A stretch of 64,000 nucleotides of DNA from Macrostomum lignano (lineage: Eukaryota): assembly GCA_002269645.1 (NCBI GenBank), contig NIVC01002344.1, positions 62,001 to 126,000 of the forward strand. Reading direction: 5' to 3'. Positions within the stretch are counted from its first letter, which is position 1; every line of letters begins with the position of its first letter. Below, in pieces: positions 13,601 to 37,959 of the stretch. The notes under the pieces are model-generated. The model was not told the DNA's origin, searched no databases, and saw only the letters and a program-made list of their open reading frames with translations. The translations under genes and the position numbers were made by a program.

Positions 13601-14433
13601 CGGACTATCCATTCCAACGCATTCACATGGACTGGGCGCATGTAAGAGGAGCTGGCGACATACTGATTATCGTTGACGCTCATTCTGGCTGGATAGAAGC
13701 GTTTCCCTGCCAAAACAGAGTGGCCAGCACTGTCCAGCGGTGCCTCTGCGCCGTCTTTGCACGCTTTGGTATGCCGGAACTGGTTGTGTCAGACAATCCA
13801 CCCGAATTTGTGGCCGATAGCCTCAACGCATGGCTGCGCGCACATGGAGTGAAGAAAATGGAGTCACCCGCCTACTATGCTCAGGCAAACGGCCTCGCAG
13901 AAAGGGCAGTGCAGACCGTTAAATCAGCGCTGCGTGCATGGTCGGAGAGAATAACTCACATGGATTTCCTATTCTACCTGCAAAAAGTGATCATGCACCA
14001 TCGCAACTCCTCAAGAAGCCGCGGCCAGTGCCCAGCCGAGTTGGTGCTTGGTAGACGCCTTCGTGTACCGGTCGTCTCACAGTTCGAGCAAGGAGACAAC
14101 GTCATCTACCAGCCGCAGAAATCAACTCAGGGAAGCCAGGCTACATTTCTAATGACTGCTGGACACAATACGGCATGGATTTTAGAAGATGAGAGCCTGA
14201 AGCTGGCCAGCACCAATCAGTTGGCCCCATCAATGCCACAGCAGGACGCCCTTACAGCGGACGAAGAGGAAGCGAATGACAATCTGCCTGTGCAACAGCC
14301 CCCGATGCAAATGGCGGCCGGAGAAGAGCAGGCACCAACGACCCATGAGCAGGATGCCCCAGAGCAACCGAATGACAACCCGATGCGCCGAAGCTCGCGA
14401 AATCGTCGGGCCCCTGATCGATTCGTGCCGTAA
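10613..14433 (+). pseudogene. gag-pol polyprotein with two stops and one frameshift in RNase H
   Basis: Zn knuckles CRYCGKAH..C and CSKCGKKNHFASVC; protease IDTGAS; RT YQDD; RH TTDASK; integrase H..H..C..C and MDW..SDN..AERAV. TAA at 12896 (AE*NYS), frameshift near 13030, TAA at 13063 (RIGR*A). Confidence 0.92.
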
Positions 14434-15439
14434 TTGCTGAACAGTATAGACGCTGATTAAATTCCAAACTTTCAACGAATTCGCCGTTACTTTGTTAAGC
14501 ACCAAGCTCCCTAAGCTCACCCGTTCATACTCAAACCCACTAATCAATAACCACCAACGCTTTTCCGTTGCAGTTCTCATTCCCTCGAAGGGGGACATGT
14601 TGTATACCGATCCGAATCCAATGTACTTTTATTTTCAGTCGTTGCCCCAGCGTTAATTTATTTGTCTGTGTCCCAAACAGCTACCGACTGACTCTGACTC
14701 TATAAAGGCTTGCCGTTACTTATATCGTTAAATAAAATATACATTCAACTTAAGCTACGCTCGCGTTATAACAGCTTTCGGCTCAGCACAGAGTCAAAGC
14801 ACAAAACACAACACTTTTACTTTAATCGAAGTACTTAACATAAAAATATGCTTTTTAGTGGTTGAGATGTAAACTAAACGATCCTGTAACCACATTCGTT
14901 CGGGAGACTTGAAAACTACTATATATCTTCATACGAGTATTAGTTGAAGCAGAAGAAAGGTCTACGTCTACGACTGGAAAAATTTAGAAGTTACTAAAAA
15001 AGTGACCGAGGTTTATCGGATTTCATATGCTGCTCCCTCTGTATGTTAATTCCTGGACAAATTACTTACAAAATTACATTTTTGTGCGGTTGCTCTGATG
15101 ATTTAGCTTACCGCAAAGATGAATTTGTTGCCCAGTCAGCTGAGACAAGCGAGTTTTAATCGCGCTTCATTTTAAGTTTGCACAATGGAGAGACTGTTCT
15201 GTATTTAAATGCTTCATCTGCGGATTTTTTAGAAGGCATTTTAAAGAAAAAAAAAACTCGAGAACGTTGCGCAAAGATCTGCATTTTTTTGAAACCGAAT
15301 TCGTACTCTAAATAAGTTAAGTCCTTGTAAACAACTTATTTAGACTAGATTTATCCAGCTAAACATTTTCATTTTGCTTCCTTCTGGCTGGCTTTCGCGG
15401 TTCTCCAAACGAACACTTAATTTGTAAGTGCAGCAGAGG

Positions 15440-18400
15440 CTACCTGTCAGGTATTTGCTTTCCCTGCTTTCGATGCTTTCTTGACGGCGTGCCGATCCGA
15501 TGAGGATCTGGTGATGACGATCCGATGAGGACCTGCTTGAGCTTGATGTTCTCAGAGCTGACACTCTGCCCGCTGTTGTGAGCCTGTTGTTGTTCCAGCT
15601 TCTGTGGGGTAGCCGCCTTAACACCCTCTGTTGCGTCACCTTCGCGAGGTCCAATGCAGCGCTGAAAATAGCTCTCCCAAATAGCATGCAGCTGGTGCTG
15701 CTGCTGTGGCATCTGCTGCTGTTGCTTTTGCTTCGATTGTTGCTGATTTTGAAGATGGTCTTCATCATCGGGACACTGCTCAGACGTGTTTGAAACCAAT
15801 CTACTCTGTGGAGAGAAAGATTAAATAATAAAAACAAATTAACTTCGAGTAAAATTGTTCACCCCCCCCCACACAGAGGTGCTCCAACCGCCAGCAAATT
15901 TAAATTTTCCCAAATTCACCATTGATTCGTCCTGCATCGCAGCCTTTGACATGTACACCGGCTGCTTGGCGATCCGCTTGAGCTCATTTAGATGACTCCT
16001 ATTGAGCTCCAGCATCTTGGCCTTCATCAGCTGTTGCACGTGTCTCTGCTTCGATAGTTTGTACTCATCCAGAGTTTTCTTGTGCTTTTTAATCTCTGAT
16101 AGTTTCTGCTTGAGTCGAGGCCACAAGTCGTCTGGTGCATTCGTGGCAGTGAAGTCGAAAAGCGCGAGCTCATAGTGCTGGTCTTCCGCCGACTTTTTCG
16201 AGAAAGTGACAAGACAGTTTTGGGTGAGGCTGAGCATGTCACCAAGTCGCAGTTTGAGAAACTGGAACACGTTGCCGTCAAAATGGTTGATGAGGCCGAG
16301 AACCGCGCTACGTTGATCTCTGCTTGAGCAGCGAACCACCATCAGCTCATCGCCGATCACCTGCACCGATTTGAACCTGTCGTAGCTTTCAAAGCTGACC
16401 TTGCCCTCGTTGACTCGGTCTATCGAGCAGTACTCCTCGTTGATGTAGTAGCGAATGACTTTGCTGTCTGATAGCTGGCCAACTGTCATGAAGTTGTTCT
16501 GTAATTTGTGGGGTTGGATTTTAATATCGTTCATTGAGTTTTTATAAGAGGCAGGGGGCGTTGCCATGGATTTTATGGTGGGGGGGACAAAGCCAAGAAT
16601 TCTGCGTGTACATCATATGCTTGACTAAATTTCTACATGTACATTTTTCAGAATCGATGTTGTCAGCGATCATTCTAGGGCCACAGGGACTCATTTTAGC
16701 ACCGCAGGTTCCTTCTAAGCGCCACAGGCGCTCATTTTAGTCCTACAGGCGCTCATTTTAGCGCCGCAGGCACTCATTTTAGCACAGCAAGCACTCATTT
16801 TAGCGCCGCAGGCACTCATTTTAGCACCACAGGCACTCATTTTAGCACAGCAAGCACTCATTTTAGCACCACAGGCACTCATTTTTGCGCCGCAGGCACT
16901 CATTTTAGCACCACAGGCACTCATTTTAGCACCACAGGCACTCATTTTAGCGCCGCAGGCACTCATTTTAGCACCACAGGCACTCATTTTAGCACACCAC
17001 ATTCACTCATTTTAGCACCTCAGGCACTCATTTTAGCGCCACAGGCACTCATTTTAGCACCACAGGCACTCATTTTAGCACCACAGGCACTCATTTTAGC
17101 ACCGCAGGCTCCATTTAAGCGCCGTAGGCACTCAGTTTAGCGCCGCAGGCTCCATTTAGGCGCCACAGGCACTCATTTTAGCATCACAGGCACTCATTTT
17201 AGCACCACACGCACTTATTTTAGCGCAACAGGTACCTTTTTGTCGCCCAAAAGCATTTTTTTTATTTCTATAACAGTTCAACAAAGGTGGGGTGGGGGAG
17301 GACAAAGCGTTGGCACGTCCCCCCATAGATTTTACAAGGGGGACATGTCCCCCCCTCCCGGAGGCGACGCCCCTGATAAGAGAGTTCCGCTTTTCTTGCG
17401 CCAGTCCAGCCCCTGAGGCTCTTAGTCTCACCTCAAAAATCCCAATGAAGTCCATTGAGTCATCAGTCAAGTCGCATTTGCAGCACAGCACCCGCTTTAA
17501 ACTGGCGGTGTCGTACATGATAAAGTTGCCATCTTGACACATCACCAGCTTCTTGTTGTTGCCAGAGATGGCAAAGTGCTGCGGACCGCGACCAATGTTC
17601 ATCACTACGTGATTTAGGAAACTCCTGGAGACTAAACTAAACACGCTAAAGCAGACGGGGACGCTGGCAGCTCGAACCAGCAGGATGCGGTCAGCGGTGA
17701 CCCATTCGAGTCGGTCAAACACGATTTTAGGGCTGTTCTCGTCGCAGAGCTCATAGATTAGCGGATTGTCTTTGCAGCTGAGCCACAGCACTAGGTAGCT
17801 GGTGACGCAGCGGTCTGTCCACAGGCTAGCAATGCTGCCACGGCGGCACTTCATCTCCACGAAGCTGTAGTCGAACACGTTGTTCACGCTTTCCATGTGG
17901 ATATTTTCTATATTGAGCAGCTGCACCAGACTGCCGCTGACCAGCACCATTATGTTGGACTCATTCTGTGGGTGCGAAGGGGTGTCGGTCGTAGTGTACC
18001 ACTGACTGTTATTGACTTGATGACGCTTCTGTCCATGTGTCTTTTAGAAAACTTCTATTCTACATGCTACACTCCGCAACAGCTACTCCCTCCCCCTCCC
18101 TGGCGCAGTGTGGCGAGGCTGTCGCTGGCCATGGAAGTTGCCATTGGCAACCGTGCTGGTGTGTTGCCACTTGGCCAGCAGCTGCCGGATCGTCTCGACG
18201 CCTTGCAGGAAGTGCCAGCTTCAGCCATTCTGACAGCTCGCAGCTTTTCAGCATTCGTGTTATGCTCCACCATTGCACTCGCAATCACTGACTGTCACAC
18301 TGGCAGTCACATTCCTGCATTTTTACTGTCACCAACCAGCCGCAGGGGGGGGGGGGGTTAGCTGTTGCTGAGTGTATAGCTCGGTAGCTTTTCTGGGGTT

Positions 18401-20217
18401 TGGGATCGGGAGACTTAGGGTTGTAGGGTTAGAGCGTCGGACTCATGACTGAAAGGTCGGGGTTCGATTCTCAAACCACTCGGAACGATTTGTGTCCTTG
18501 AGCAAGACACTTAAACTCTGCATCGCTGCAGTTCAGCTGTAAAATAGGTGCCAGCATTAGATGGGGTATAATTGAGGGTGTGTGTGGCGACGGGGCCCGC
18601 CTTCGACTGAACAGCCGTACGCAGGCTTCAGATGCGCCGCGCAATAGCTGCGGCTGAGCTGTCGGTTGCACATCTACCCATTAGGGCAGTTGAAATCAAT
18701 TATTAATATTACGATCGCTATTATTATACACGCATGTGGAGAGAAGAAAACTACAAAAATTCCTTACCTCAGATACAGAAAAGATAAATACTGTCATATC
18801 GCAGATTCCAGTGCCAATTTGAGACTCAAGTTGCATGCTCTTCCTATTGAAGATGAACAGATTTTCGAAGTTATTGTCCAAGACTACTAAATAGTCCTTG
18901 AGAATGCAGATCTGCGCTGGTGTGAAGGCGAGCTTTACAGACTTCGGCAGCACGCCGTAGTGCCAGTTGTACATGATAGCATCGAATTCCGTCATCTTTG
19001 ATGCTTGTTGAGCAGAAGGCAATCTGAGTTATCAGATAAGTATAGTATATTTAAAGCAATTCTCGGGACCTCAAATTATTCCGTGTGTTCTATTCTTGAA
19101 TTATCTTTCCTCTCTTTGATTAAAAATCGATTGCATATGGCTATATTTCCTTAGCTTTATGTCATAGACAACAAATTAATAATCACAAGGCATTGGGCGC
19201 GGAGAAAGCAACGCCTGTGACCATAATGGGAGCAACGAATGTAACCACAGTGTCTCTTTCCGATTACGAGTTTCTTCAAAATTAAATAAGATCATCTTTT
19301 TAAAGATGACTCAGCTGAATACACATTTTGCCGTTAGAATCGTTTGAACGTACAACATGTAAATATGCATGCAGGGGCGTCGCCATTGATTTTATGGTGG
19401 GGGACAATACAATGCCAAGAATTCTTTATTACAAAAAATCCTACATTATTTTGTTTTTAGCATTTATTTAGGCGCCATGCACAAGCAACACTCATTCTAT
19501 CACTCTAGAGCAAAATAAATGATTTCTAGAACCGAGTAACAACGTGGGGCGAGGGGGCCGCGGGGGCAAAAATTGGCATATATTCTCCCTCTAGATTTTA
19601 TTGGGGACAATTACGGTGATGTAACTGGCCTCAACTGCATGCGCTGACAATTTCGTACACTTAAACGATATTGAATGTTGATACAAAGGTAAAAAAAAGC
19701 TTCTAGTTTTAGTTTTGTAAGGGTATAATTTTGTAGTAGGTTGTCGTGACATGTGTAATTCGTAGAAAGCATGTATGTAAAGGTATTCCTTATCCGCATG
19801 CATACCGTACTACTTGTATTATTTCATTTATTTTAACAAAATTCTATTCGTATTATTTTCATTGTTACTGTTGAATTTGCGAGATAGCCCCGTATGTGTT
19901 GTTACTAAATTATTTGTACTTTCTTGCATATCGTATTATTTCTCGTAAATTAGTTCAATTTTATGTACATGTACTGATCGCGTTATAGTATTCTTGCACG
20001 ATACTCGTATTTAATCGATTAATTTGTAAATGTACATTGCGCCTGAGGGGGTTTGTCTGGTTTTGAATTAGGCTTCGATTGTTTTGTTATCCTGTTTACC
20101 TACCAACAATACACTTGCAGTCAGCTGCCGCTCTCTCCCTTCGCTTAATTCTTCGCTTCGCTTCTCGCTCTAAGCTTGCGGGCCCCTTAGCTGTCCGGCC
20201 TAATGCTCTCTTAACCA
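15440..20217 (-). CDS. Uncharacterised protein: basic N-terminus, beta-propeller-like region, coiled coil, Q-rich tail. Exons (>=20217)-20100, 19023-18768, 17965-17432, 16498-15920, 15805-15440
   Basis: Donors GTAAAC, GTAAGG, GTGAGA and GTGAAT, with CAG acceptors in compatible phases (2,0,0,0), join the ORFs into one frame. The first exon runs into the N gap, so the start codon is unseen. No family recognised. Confidence 0.72.
16552..17375. mobile_element. Non-autonomous hAT-like (Tip100-type termini) element in an intron
   Basis: TIRs CAGGGGGCGTTGCC / GGCGACGCCCCTG. 8-bp flanks ATAAGAGG (16544-16551) and ATAAGAGA (17376-17383) match at 7/8. Confidence 0.8.
16690..17230. repeat. 21-bp minisatellite (GCACTCATTTTAGCACCACAG)n inside the hAT-like element
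   Basis: About 25 units, degenerate at both ends. Confidence 0.95.
18418..18680 (+). mobile_element. tRNA-derived CORE-like SINE, near full length
   Basis: GGTTAGAGCGTCGG..GGTTCGATTC..TGTGTCCTTGAGCAAGACAC..GTAAAATAGG..GCTGCGGCTGAGCTGTCGGTTGCAC. Lies in the intron 18767-17966. Confidence 0.8.
19372..19430 (+). mobile_element. Second, partial copy of the hAT-like left end
   Basis: CAGGGGCGTCGCCATTGATTTTATGGTGGGGGACA..GCCAAGAATTCT matches 16552-16603. No right TIR was found. Confidence 0.65.
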
Positions 20218-20290
20218 NNNNNNNNNNNNNNNNNNNNNNNNNNNNNNNNNNNNNNNNNNNNNNNNNNNNNNNNNNNNNNNNNNNNNNNNN
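20218..20290. other. Assembly gap (73 N)
   Basis: Run of n. Confidence 1.
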
Positions 20291-20781
20291 GGGTGAAATC
20301 GGCTGCTGATCTACTGAATCGTAGATTAATAAAATTATCCGGTACACAACAAAAAAGCCGTCTTCCCGCCTTATTCGTCACAGGGTTACGTAGAAATTAA
20401 AATGAAATAACGGATTTTAAAGAGAGTAGGAGAAAATATTAAAACAAAATAAACGCAAATATAACGTATTATTACATGTATTTGATAATTTTTTCTGTCT
20501 GGTAAAGCTTTTACAGGTTTTTTGCAATAAAAAACTGTAGCATAGTTTTTATTTTGCAATATAATTGTGCCACTCTTTAAGTGTTGACTAATGTTGCTTT
20601 GAGTCACTCGGAGGAGGTCCTTCTTGCTAATGCAATTTCTAAAAGTTTCGCAAGGTTAATATCGCATTCGTATCACGCGTTCTCTAAGCAACGTTTAAAT
20701 TTATTATTTTAATAATTTCTGTTTCTTGTTACTCTCTCTACTGAAGTTAGGTTATTTTACTTTGAGTCTGATCATTAAATT

Positions 20782-32338
<11,557 letters not shown>

Positions 32339-32457
32339 ATCCAGGCTGGTGGCACTTTTAACTGGATTTAGTGTCAGTGTGCGACTACTCTTGGTGCAGT
32401 AGGCTATGATCCGGAAAACATTTTGCGAGAGGAAGCTGATTTCTTTTTATGACAGTC

Positions 32458-32927
32458 CCAATTAGGATGCTAACTATCGCTATTAGGATGCTGAGTAGCT
32501 GAATTAGAATGCTGAATATACCAATTAGGATGCTGAATATCCTAATTAGGATGCTGAATATCCCAATTAGGATGCTGAATATCCCAATTAGGATGCTGAA
32601 TATCCCAATAAGGATGCTGAATATCCCAATTAGGATGCTGAATATCCCAATAAGGATGCTGAATATCCTAATTAGGATGCTGAATATCCCAATTAGGATG
32701 CTGAATATCCCAATTAGGATGCTGAATATCCCAATTAGGATGCTGAATATCGCAATTAGGATGCTGAATATCCCAATAAGGATGCTGAATATCCTAATTA
32801 GGATGCTAAATATCCCAATAAGGATGCTGAATATCCCAATTAGGATGCTGAATATCCCAATTAGGATGCTGAATATCCCAATTAGGATGCTGAATATCCC
32901 AATTAGGATGCTGAATATCCCAATTAG
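32458..32927. repeat. 21-bp minisatellite (AATTAGGATGCTGAATATCCC)n 3' of the helicase stop
   Basis: About 22 units, related to the 40258-41000 array. Confidence 0.97.
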
Positions 32928-33574
32928 GTAAAGCGAAAAGTTAAAAAAGTAGCCGCTCATTTGCCCCTTTTTGTCTCTCCCAGCGCATTTTACAATAATA
33001 TGTGCGTGTTTACCTGAGAGCATGGCATCCCAGTCCCAGTGCCCAGTGCTGTATTTTTGTACCTTTTTCTGCACCAAAATCCCGTTTGGTTTTTTTGTTA
33101 ATCGTGTCATGCGCTTCATTTATTATAATCTTAAATTGCCTACTTGCAGTAGCTAAAGTAGTGCATGTCGTGTTTAAACTGGTCCGGTATTTTATTTTAA
33201 TAATGATTATGATATAATAATTAAAAAACAAAAAAGTGAATTTTAGTTTTTGTTTGTTTATCTCACTGTTTCTTATGACCTACTGATGCTACTTGTAGTA
33301 ATAAGGCAGGCACGCGCGTTGTTATTTTTGTAAAATCGAACAGCACGGCCCATACGGTGTATTAATAGTTAATATCTTTGTGTGTAATTTTTATAATTCT
33401 CTAATAAATATCAATTCAGCAAGCACCCATAGTTTAAATCCGCTTGGGTTAAGAAATTTCGAGTTGAAAAAATTGAATTTCAAGTTGCTTTTTTCATTTT
33501 TTGCTCTTACTAAAATCTTCAGTGTATCAAAGTCTGTCTGATATGCCAAATTGGATTCGTCCGTAATTTACTGT

Positions 33575-34965
33575 GAGTGTCGCCTCTAATTCACTGAAAG
33601 AGTTGCCTCTGCATTGAGAGTCGCCTCTTTCCTACTCTGAGCCTGAGAGTCTCCTCTTACCTACCCTGAGAGTCGCCTCTTACCTACGCTGAGCCTGAGA
33701 GTCTCCTCTGACTTACCCTGAGAGTCGCCTCTAACTTACCTTGCGAGTCGCCTCCAACATGCTCTGAGAGTCGCCTCTGACCTGCCCTGAGAGTCGCCTC
33801 TGACCTTCCTAAGAGTCGTCTCTTACCTATTCTAAGAGTCTTCTCTGACCTACCCTGGGAGTCGCCTCTAACTTACCCTTAGAGTCGCCTCTAACTAACC
33901 CTGAGAGTCGCCTCCAACCTACCCTTAGAGTCGCCTCCGACCTGCCCTGAAAGTCGGAGTTACCTGACTTACCCTGAGAGTCGCCTCTGACCTACCCTGA
34001 GAGCAGCCTCTGACCTGCCTGAGAGTCGACTCTGACTTACCCTAAGAGACGCAGTCGCCTCTAACCTACCCCAAGAGTCAATCCTGACTTATTTTGAGAG
34101 TCGCCCCTGACTTACCCGGAGACTCGCGTCTAACCTACCCTGAGATTCAGCTCCAACCTACCCTGAGATTCAGCTCTAACCTACCCTGAGATTCAGCTCT
34201 AACCTACCCTGAGATTTAGCTCCAACCTACCCTGAGATTCAGCTTCAACCTACCCTGAGATTCAGCTCTAACCTACCCTGAGATTCAGCTCTAACCTACC
34301 CGGAGATTCAGCTCTAACCTGCCTTGAGATTCAGCTCCAACCTACCCTGAGATTCAGCTTCAACCTACCCTGAGATTCAGCTCTAACCTACCCGGAGATT
34401 CAGCTCTAACCTACCTTGAGATTCAGCTCTAACCTACCCGGAGATTCAGCTCTAACCTACCTTGAGATTCAGCTCTAACCTACCTTGAGATTCAGCTCCA
34501 ACCTACCCTGAGATTCAGCTCCAACCTACCCTGAGATTCAGCTCTAACCTGACCTGAGATTCAGCTCCAACCTACCCTGAGATTCAGCTCCAACCTACCC
34601 TGAGATTCAGCTCTAACCTAACCTTAGATTCAGCTCTAACCTACCCTGAGATTAAGCTCCAACCTACCCTGAGATTCAGCTCTAACCTAACCTGAGATTC
34701 AGCTCTAACCTAACCTGAGATTCAGCTCTAACCTACCCTGAGATTCAGCTCCAACCTACCCTGAGATTCAGCTCTAACCTACCCTGAGATTCAGCTCTAA
34801 CCTGCCCTGAGATTTAGCTCTAACCTAACCTGAGATTCAGCTCTAACCTACCCTGAGATTCAGCTCTAACCTACCCTGAGATTTAGCTCTAACCTGCCCT
34901 GAGATTTAGCTCTAACCTAACCTGAGATTCAGCTCTAACCTACCCTGAGATTCAGCTCTAACCTA
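33575..34965. repeat. 22-23-bp minisatellite grading from GAGAGTCGCCTCTAACCTACCCT to GAGATTCAGCTCTAACCTACCCT
   Basis: About 60 units, degenerate 5' and homogeneous 3'. Confidence 0.95.
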
Positions 34966-35147
34966 CATGTACCCTGAAAAACACTTCTAAACCCTTGAGT
35001 GAGTCACTCTATTTCACTCATGAATGTTCAGGAGTTATGCAGTTACAAAATGTGTTAGTTCTCATGTCTCAAGGCTAGTCTACCGCCCTCACTGCTCAAC
35101 ATGTTGCATGCGAGCCTAGCTCGTCAACTCAAAAGACTTTCAAACTC

Positions 35148-36002
35148 ATGGACTCAACTCGTGGCGGCGGTCGTGGCGGATTCCGCGGCGGTTTCGGAGG
35201 CCGAGGCGGCGGCGACAGGGGCGGCGGTGAGCGCGGCGGCGGTGGTCGCGGCAGGGGCGGACGCGGCGGTCGCGGAGGACGCGGCGGCCGCGGTGGTCGC
35301 GGAGGTCGCGGCGGCGATAAGAAAGAGGAGTGGCAGCCGGTCACCAAGCTGGGCCGGCTAGTCAAAGACGGCAAGATCAAAAGCCTGGAAGAGGTGTACA
35401 TGTTTGCCCTGCCAATTAAAGAGTCGGAAATTATCGACCAGTTCCTTGGCGGCCGGCTCAAAGACGAGGTGCTGAAGATCATGCCGGTGCAGAAGCAGAC
35501 CAGAGCCGGACAGCGCACCCGGTTCAAGGCGATTGTAGCGATTGGAGACTTTGACAAGCACGTCGGACTGGGGGTGAAGTGCTCCAAGGAGGTGGCCACC
35601 GCCATCCGTGGCGCCATCATCTTGGCTAAGCTGTCGGTCATCCCAGTGAGGCTGGGCTACTGGGGCAATAAGATCGGCAAGCCCCACACGGTGCCGTGCA
35701 AGCTGACTGGCAAATGCGGCTCTGTTGTGGTGCGCCTCATCCCAGCGCCTAGAGGCACCGGCATTGTTGGCGCTCCGGTGCCTAAGAAGCTGCTGAGCAT
35801 GGCCGGCATTGATGATGTGTACACCTGCTCGAAGGGACAGACCGCCACTCTAGGCAACTTTGCCAAGGCTACCTACATGGCTATTCAGGCTACGTTTGAG
35901 TACCTATCACCTGACCTGTGGCCTGAGACTACCGCCCCCAATCATCCGTATGCTGAGCACAGCGACTTCCTAATGAAGGCTGGTAGGCCCTACCGTCATT
36001 GA
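35148..36002 (+). CDS. RPS2: 40S ribosomal protein S2 (uS5), 284 aa, no intron in the CDS
   Basis: RGG-rich N-terminus; [64 protein letters not shown] and TLGNFAKAT. Confidence 0.98.
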   Translation: MDSTRGGGRGGFRGGFGGRGGGDRGGGERGGGGRGRGGRGGRGGRGGRGGRGGRGGDKKEEWQPVTKLGRLVKDGKIKSLEEVYMFALPIKESEIIDQFLGGRLKDEVLKIMPVQKQTRAGQRTRFKAIVAIGDFDKHVGLGVKCSKEVATAIRGAIILAKLSVIPVRLGYWGNKIGKPHTVPCKLTGKCGSVVVRLIPAPRGTGIVGAPVPKKLLSMAGIDDVYTCSKGQTATLGNFAKATYMAIQATFEYLSPDLWPETTAPNHPYAEHSDFLMKAGRPYRH

Positions 36003-36261
36003 AGGCTTGAAAGCCGTTCGATTTTTAGCTGTCGTGGACGCCACCGCTTCACTGATTTTGAGTCCAAAGTGGAATTGTCTTGTTGACGAGCTGGCTGATA
36101 TGCGCTAAGGGACATCACATAAATTGATTCATGTTGGAGAGGGAAATATACTTTTACGCTCCTTTTTCTTGGAATAAGACGTGGCGTTTTGTCTCATTCT
36201 TTTTGCTTTCTTGTTAACATTAGTTAGAATCTTAGATTAGACTCCAGCCTATCGTGAGAAC

Positions 36262-37557
36262 AGCCTCTTAATCCACTGACAGTCGCCTCTAATCCACTGA
36301 GAGTCGCCTCTAATCCACTGAGAGTCGCCTTTAATCCACTGAGATTCGCCTTTAATCCACTGAGATTCGCCTCTAATCCACTGAGATTCGCCTCTAATCC
36401 ACTGAGAGTCGCCTCTAATCCACTGAGAACCGCCTCTAATCCACTGAGAACCGCCTCTAATCCACTGAGAACCGCCTCTAATCCACTGAGAACCGCCTCT
36501 AATCCACTGAGAACCGCCTCTAATCCACTGAGATTCGCCTCTAATCCACTGAGAACCGCCTCTAATCCACTGAGAACCGCCTCTAATCCACTGAGAACCG
36601 CCTCTAATCCACTGAGAACCGCCTCTAATCCACTGAGAACCGCCTCTAATCCACTGAGAACCGCCTCTAATCCACTGAGAACCGCCTCTAATCCACTGAG
36701 AACCGCCTCTAATCCACTGAGATTCGCCTCTAATCCACTGAGAACCGCCTCTAATCCACTGAGAACCGCCTCTAATCCACTGAGAACCGCCTCTAATCCA
36801 CTGCGAACCGCCTCTAATCCAGTGAGATTCGCCTCTAATCCACTGAGAACCGCCTCTAATCCACTGAGATTCGCCTCTAATCCACTGAGAACCGCCTCTA
36901 ATCCACTGAGATTCGCCTCTAATCCACTGAGAGTCGCCTCTAATCCACTGAGAGTCGCCTTTAATCCACTGAGATTCGCCTCTAATCCACTGAGAGTCGC
37001 CTCTAATCCACTGAGAGTCGCCTCTAATCCACTGAGAGTCGCCTTTAATCCACTGAGATTCGCCTCTAATCCACTGAGAACCGCCTCTAATCCACTGAGA
37101 ACCGCCTCTAATCCACTGAGAACCGCCTCTAATCCACTGAGAACCGCCTCTAATCCACTGAGATTCGCCTCTAATCCACTGAGAACCGCCTCTAATCCAC
37201 TGAGATTCGCCTCTAATCCACTGAGAATCGCCTTTAATCCAGTGAGAACCGCCTTTAATCCAGTGAGAACCGCCTCTAATCCACTGAGAGTCGCCTCTGA
37301 TCCATAGAGAATCGCCTCTAATCCACAAATAACCGCCTCTAATCCATTGAGAATCGCCTCTAATACACTGAGAATCGCCTCTAATCTACTGAGAGTCGCC
37401 TCTAATCCAGTAAGAACCGCTCTAATCCACTGAGAGTCGCCTCTAATCCAGTAAGAACCGCTCTAACCAACTGAGAATCGCCTCTAATCCACAAATAGCC
37501 ATCTCTAATCCATTGAGAACCGAATCTAATCCACTGAATGCCGCCTCTAATCCACTG
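36262..37557. repeat. 21-bp minisatellite (AATCCACTGAGAACCGCCTCT)n downstream of RPS2
   Basis: About 60 units with GAGTCG/GATTCG/GAACCG variants. Confidence 0.97.
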
Positions 37558-37959
37558 CTAGAAAGATTCGTCCCTAACCACCCCAAAAGTGACTGTCTGT
37601 CTGCTCAGCTAATCTATAATGCAGCATTGATTCCTACCATTTTCTTCTTTAAAGTCAGACTGGTCGTTCGCTTCCAGCACTGTATAATTCGGTTACAGTG
37701 TGCAGCCTCTCACTGTTGAGTTCAATAGTCTCTGTGACGCCTGGAAGGCTCAAGAAAATTACCATCTATTTTTAAGGCTCAAATGTCCGTTTCTTTATCT
37801 CTGCTTCTTCCTCTGTTCCCTGTGTCTCTTTTGCCGGTTCGCTGCTTTGACGCCTCTGTGTGCTTGCTGGGTTTGCTGCTTCTAGCCTGGTCGTTTCATT
37901 AGCATCATCTGCTCTGCTGCTCACCCAGCTCAGCTTCTTCAGCCTCATCTGTCTGTCTC

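Larger units (their letters stand above)
10397..14813 (+). mobile_element. Ty3/Gypsy LTR retrotransposon (Mag-like organisation), 4417 bp
   Basis: 216-bp LTRs (10397-10612 and 14598-14813), TG...CA, with 2 mismatches. PBS TGGCGTCGCAG at 10614; polypurine tract GAAGGGGGA before the 3' LTR. Order gag-PR-RT-RH-IN. Flanks ATTTT/CTTTT are an imperfect TSD. Confidence 0.97.

Noticed and set aside
17156-17431. The hAT-like element as a disruption of the minus-strand gene's coding sequence
   Set aside because: A GTGAGA donor at 17431 and a CAG acceptor at 16499 are both phase 0, so the element is intronic.
17897-18361. 154-aa plus-strand ORF and overlapping short ORFs
   Set aside because: Mostly within an intron of the minus-strand gene. 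No recognisable motif and no phase-compatible splice sites were found.
35101-35866. Alternative-frame and antisense ORFs over RPS2 (also over gag-pol and the GPCR tail)
   Set aside because: Shadow ORFs of GC-rich genuine coding sequence.
35148-36260. RPS2 as a processed pseudogene
   Set aside because: The ORF is intact with conserved motifs and there is no poly(A) remnant or TSD. A functional retrogene is not excluded.
36249-37328. WIRGGSQ and ASNPLRT repeat ORFs
   Set aside because: Stop-free frames of a 21-bp array, with no unique coding context.
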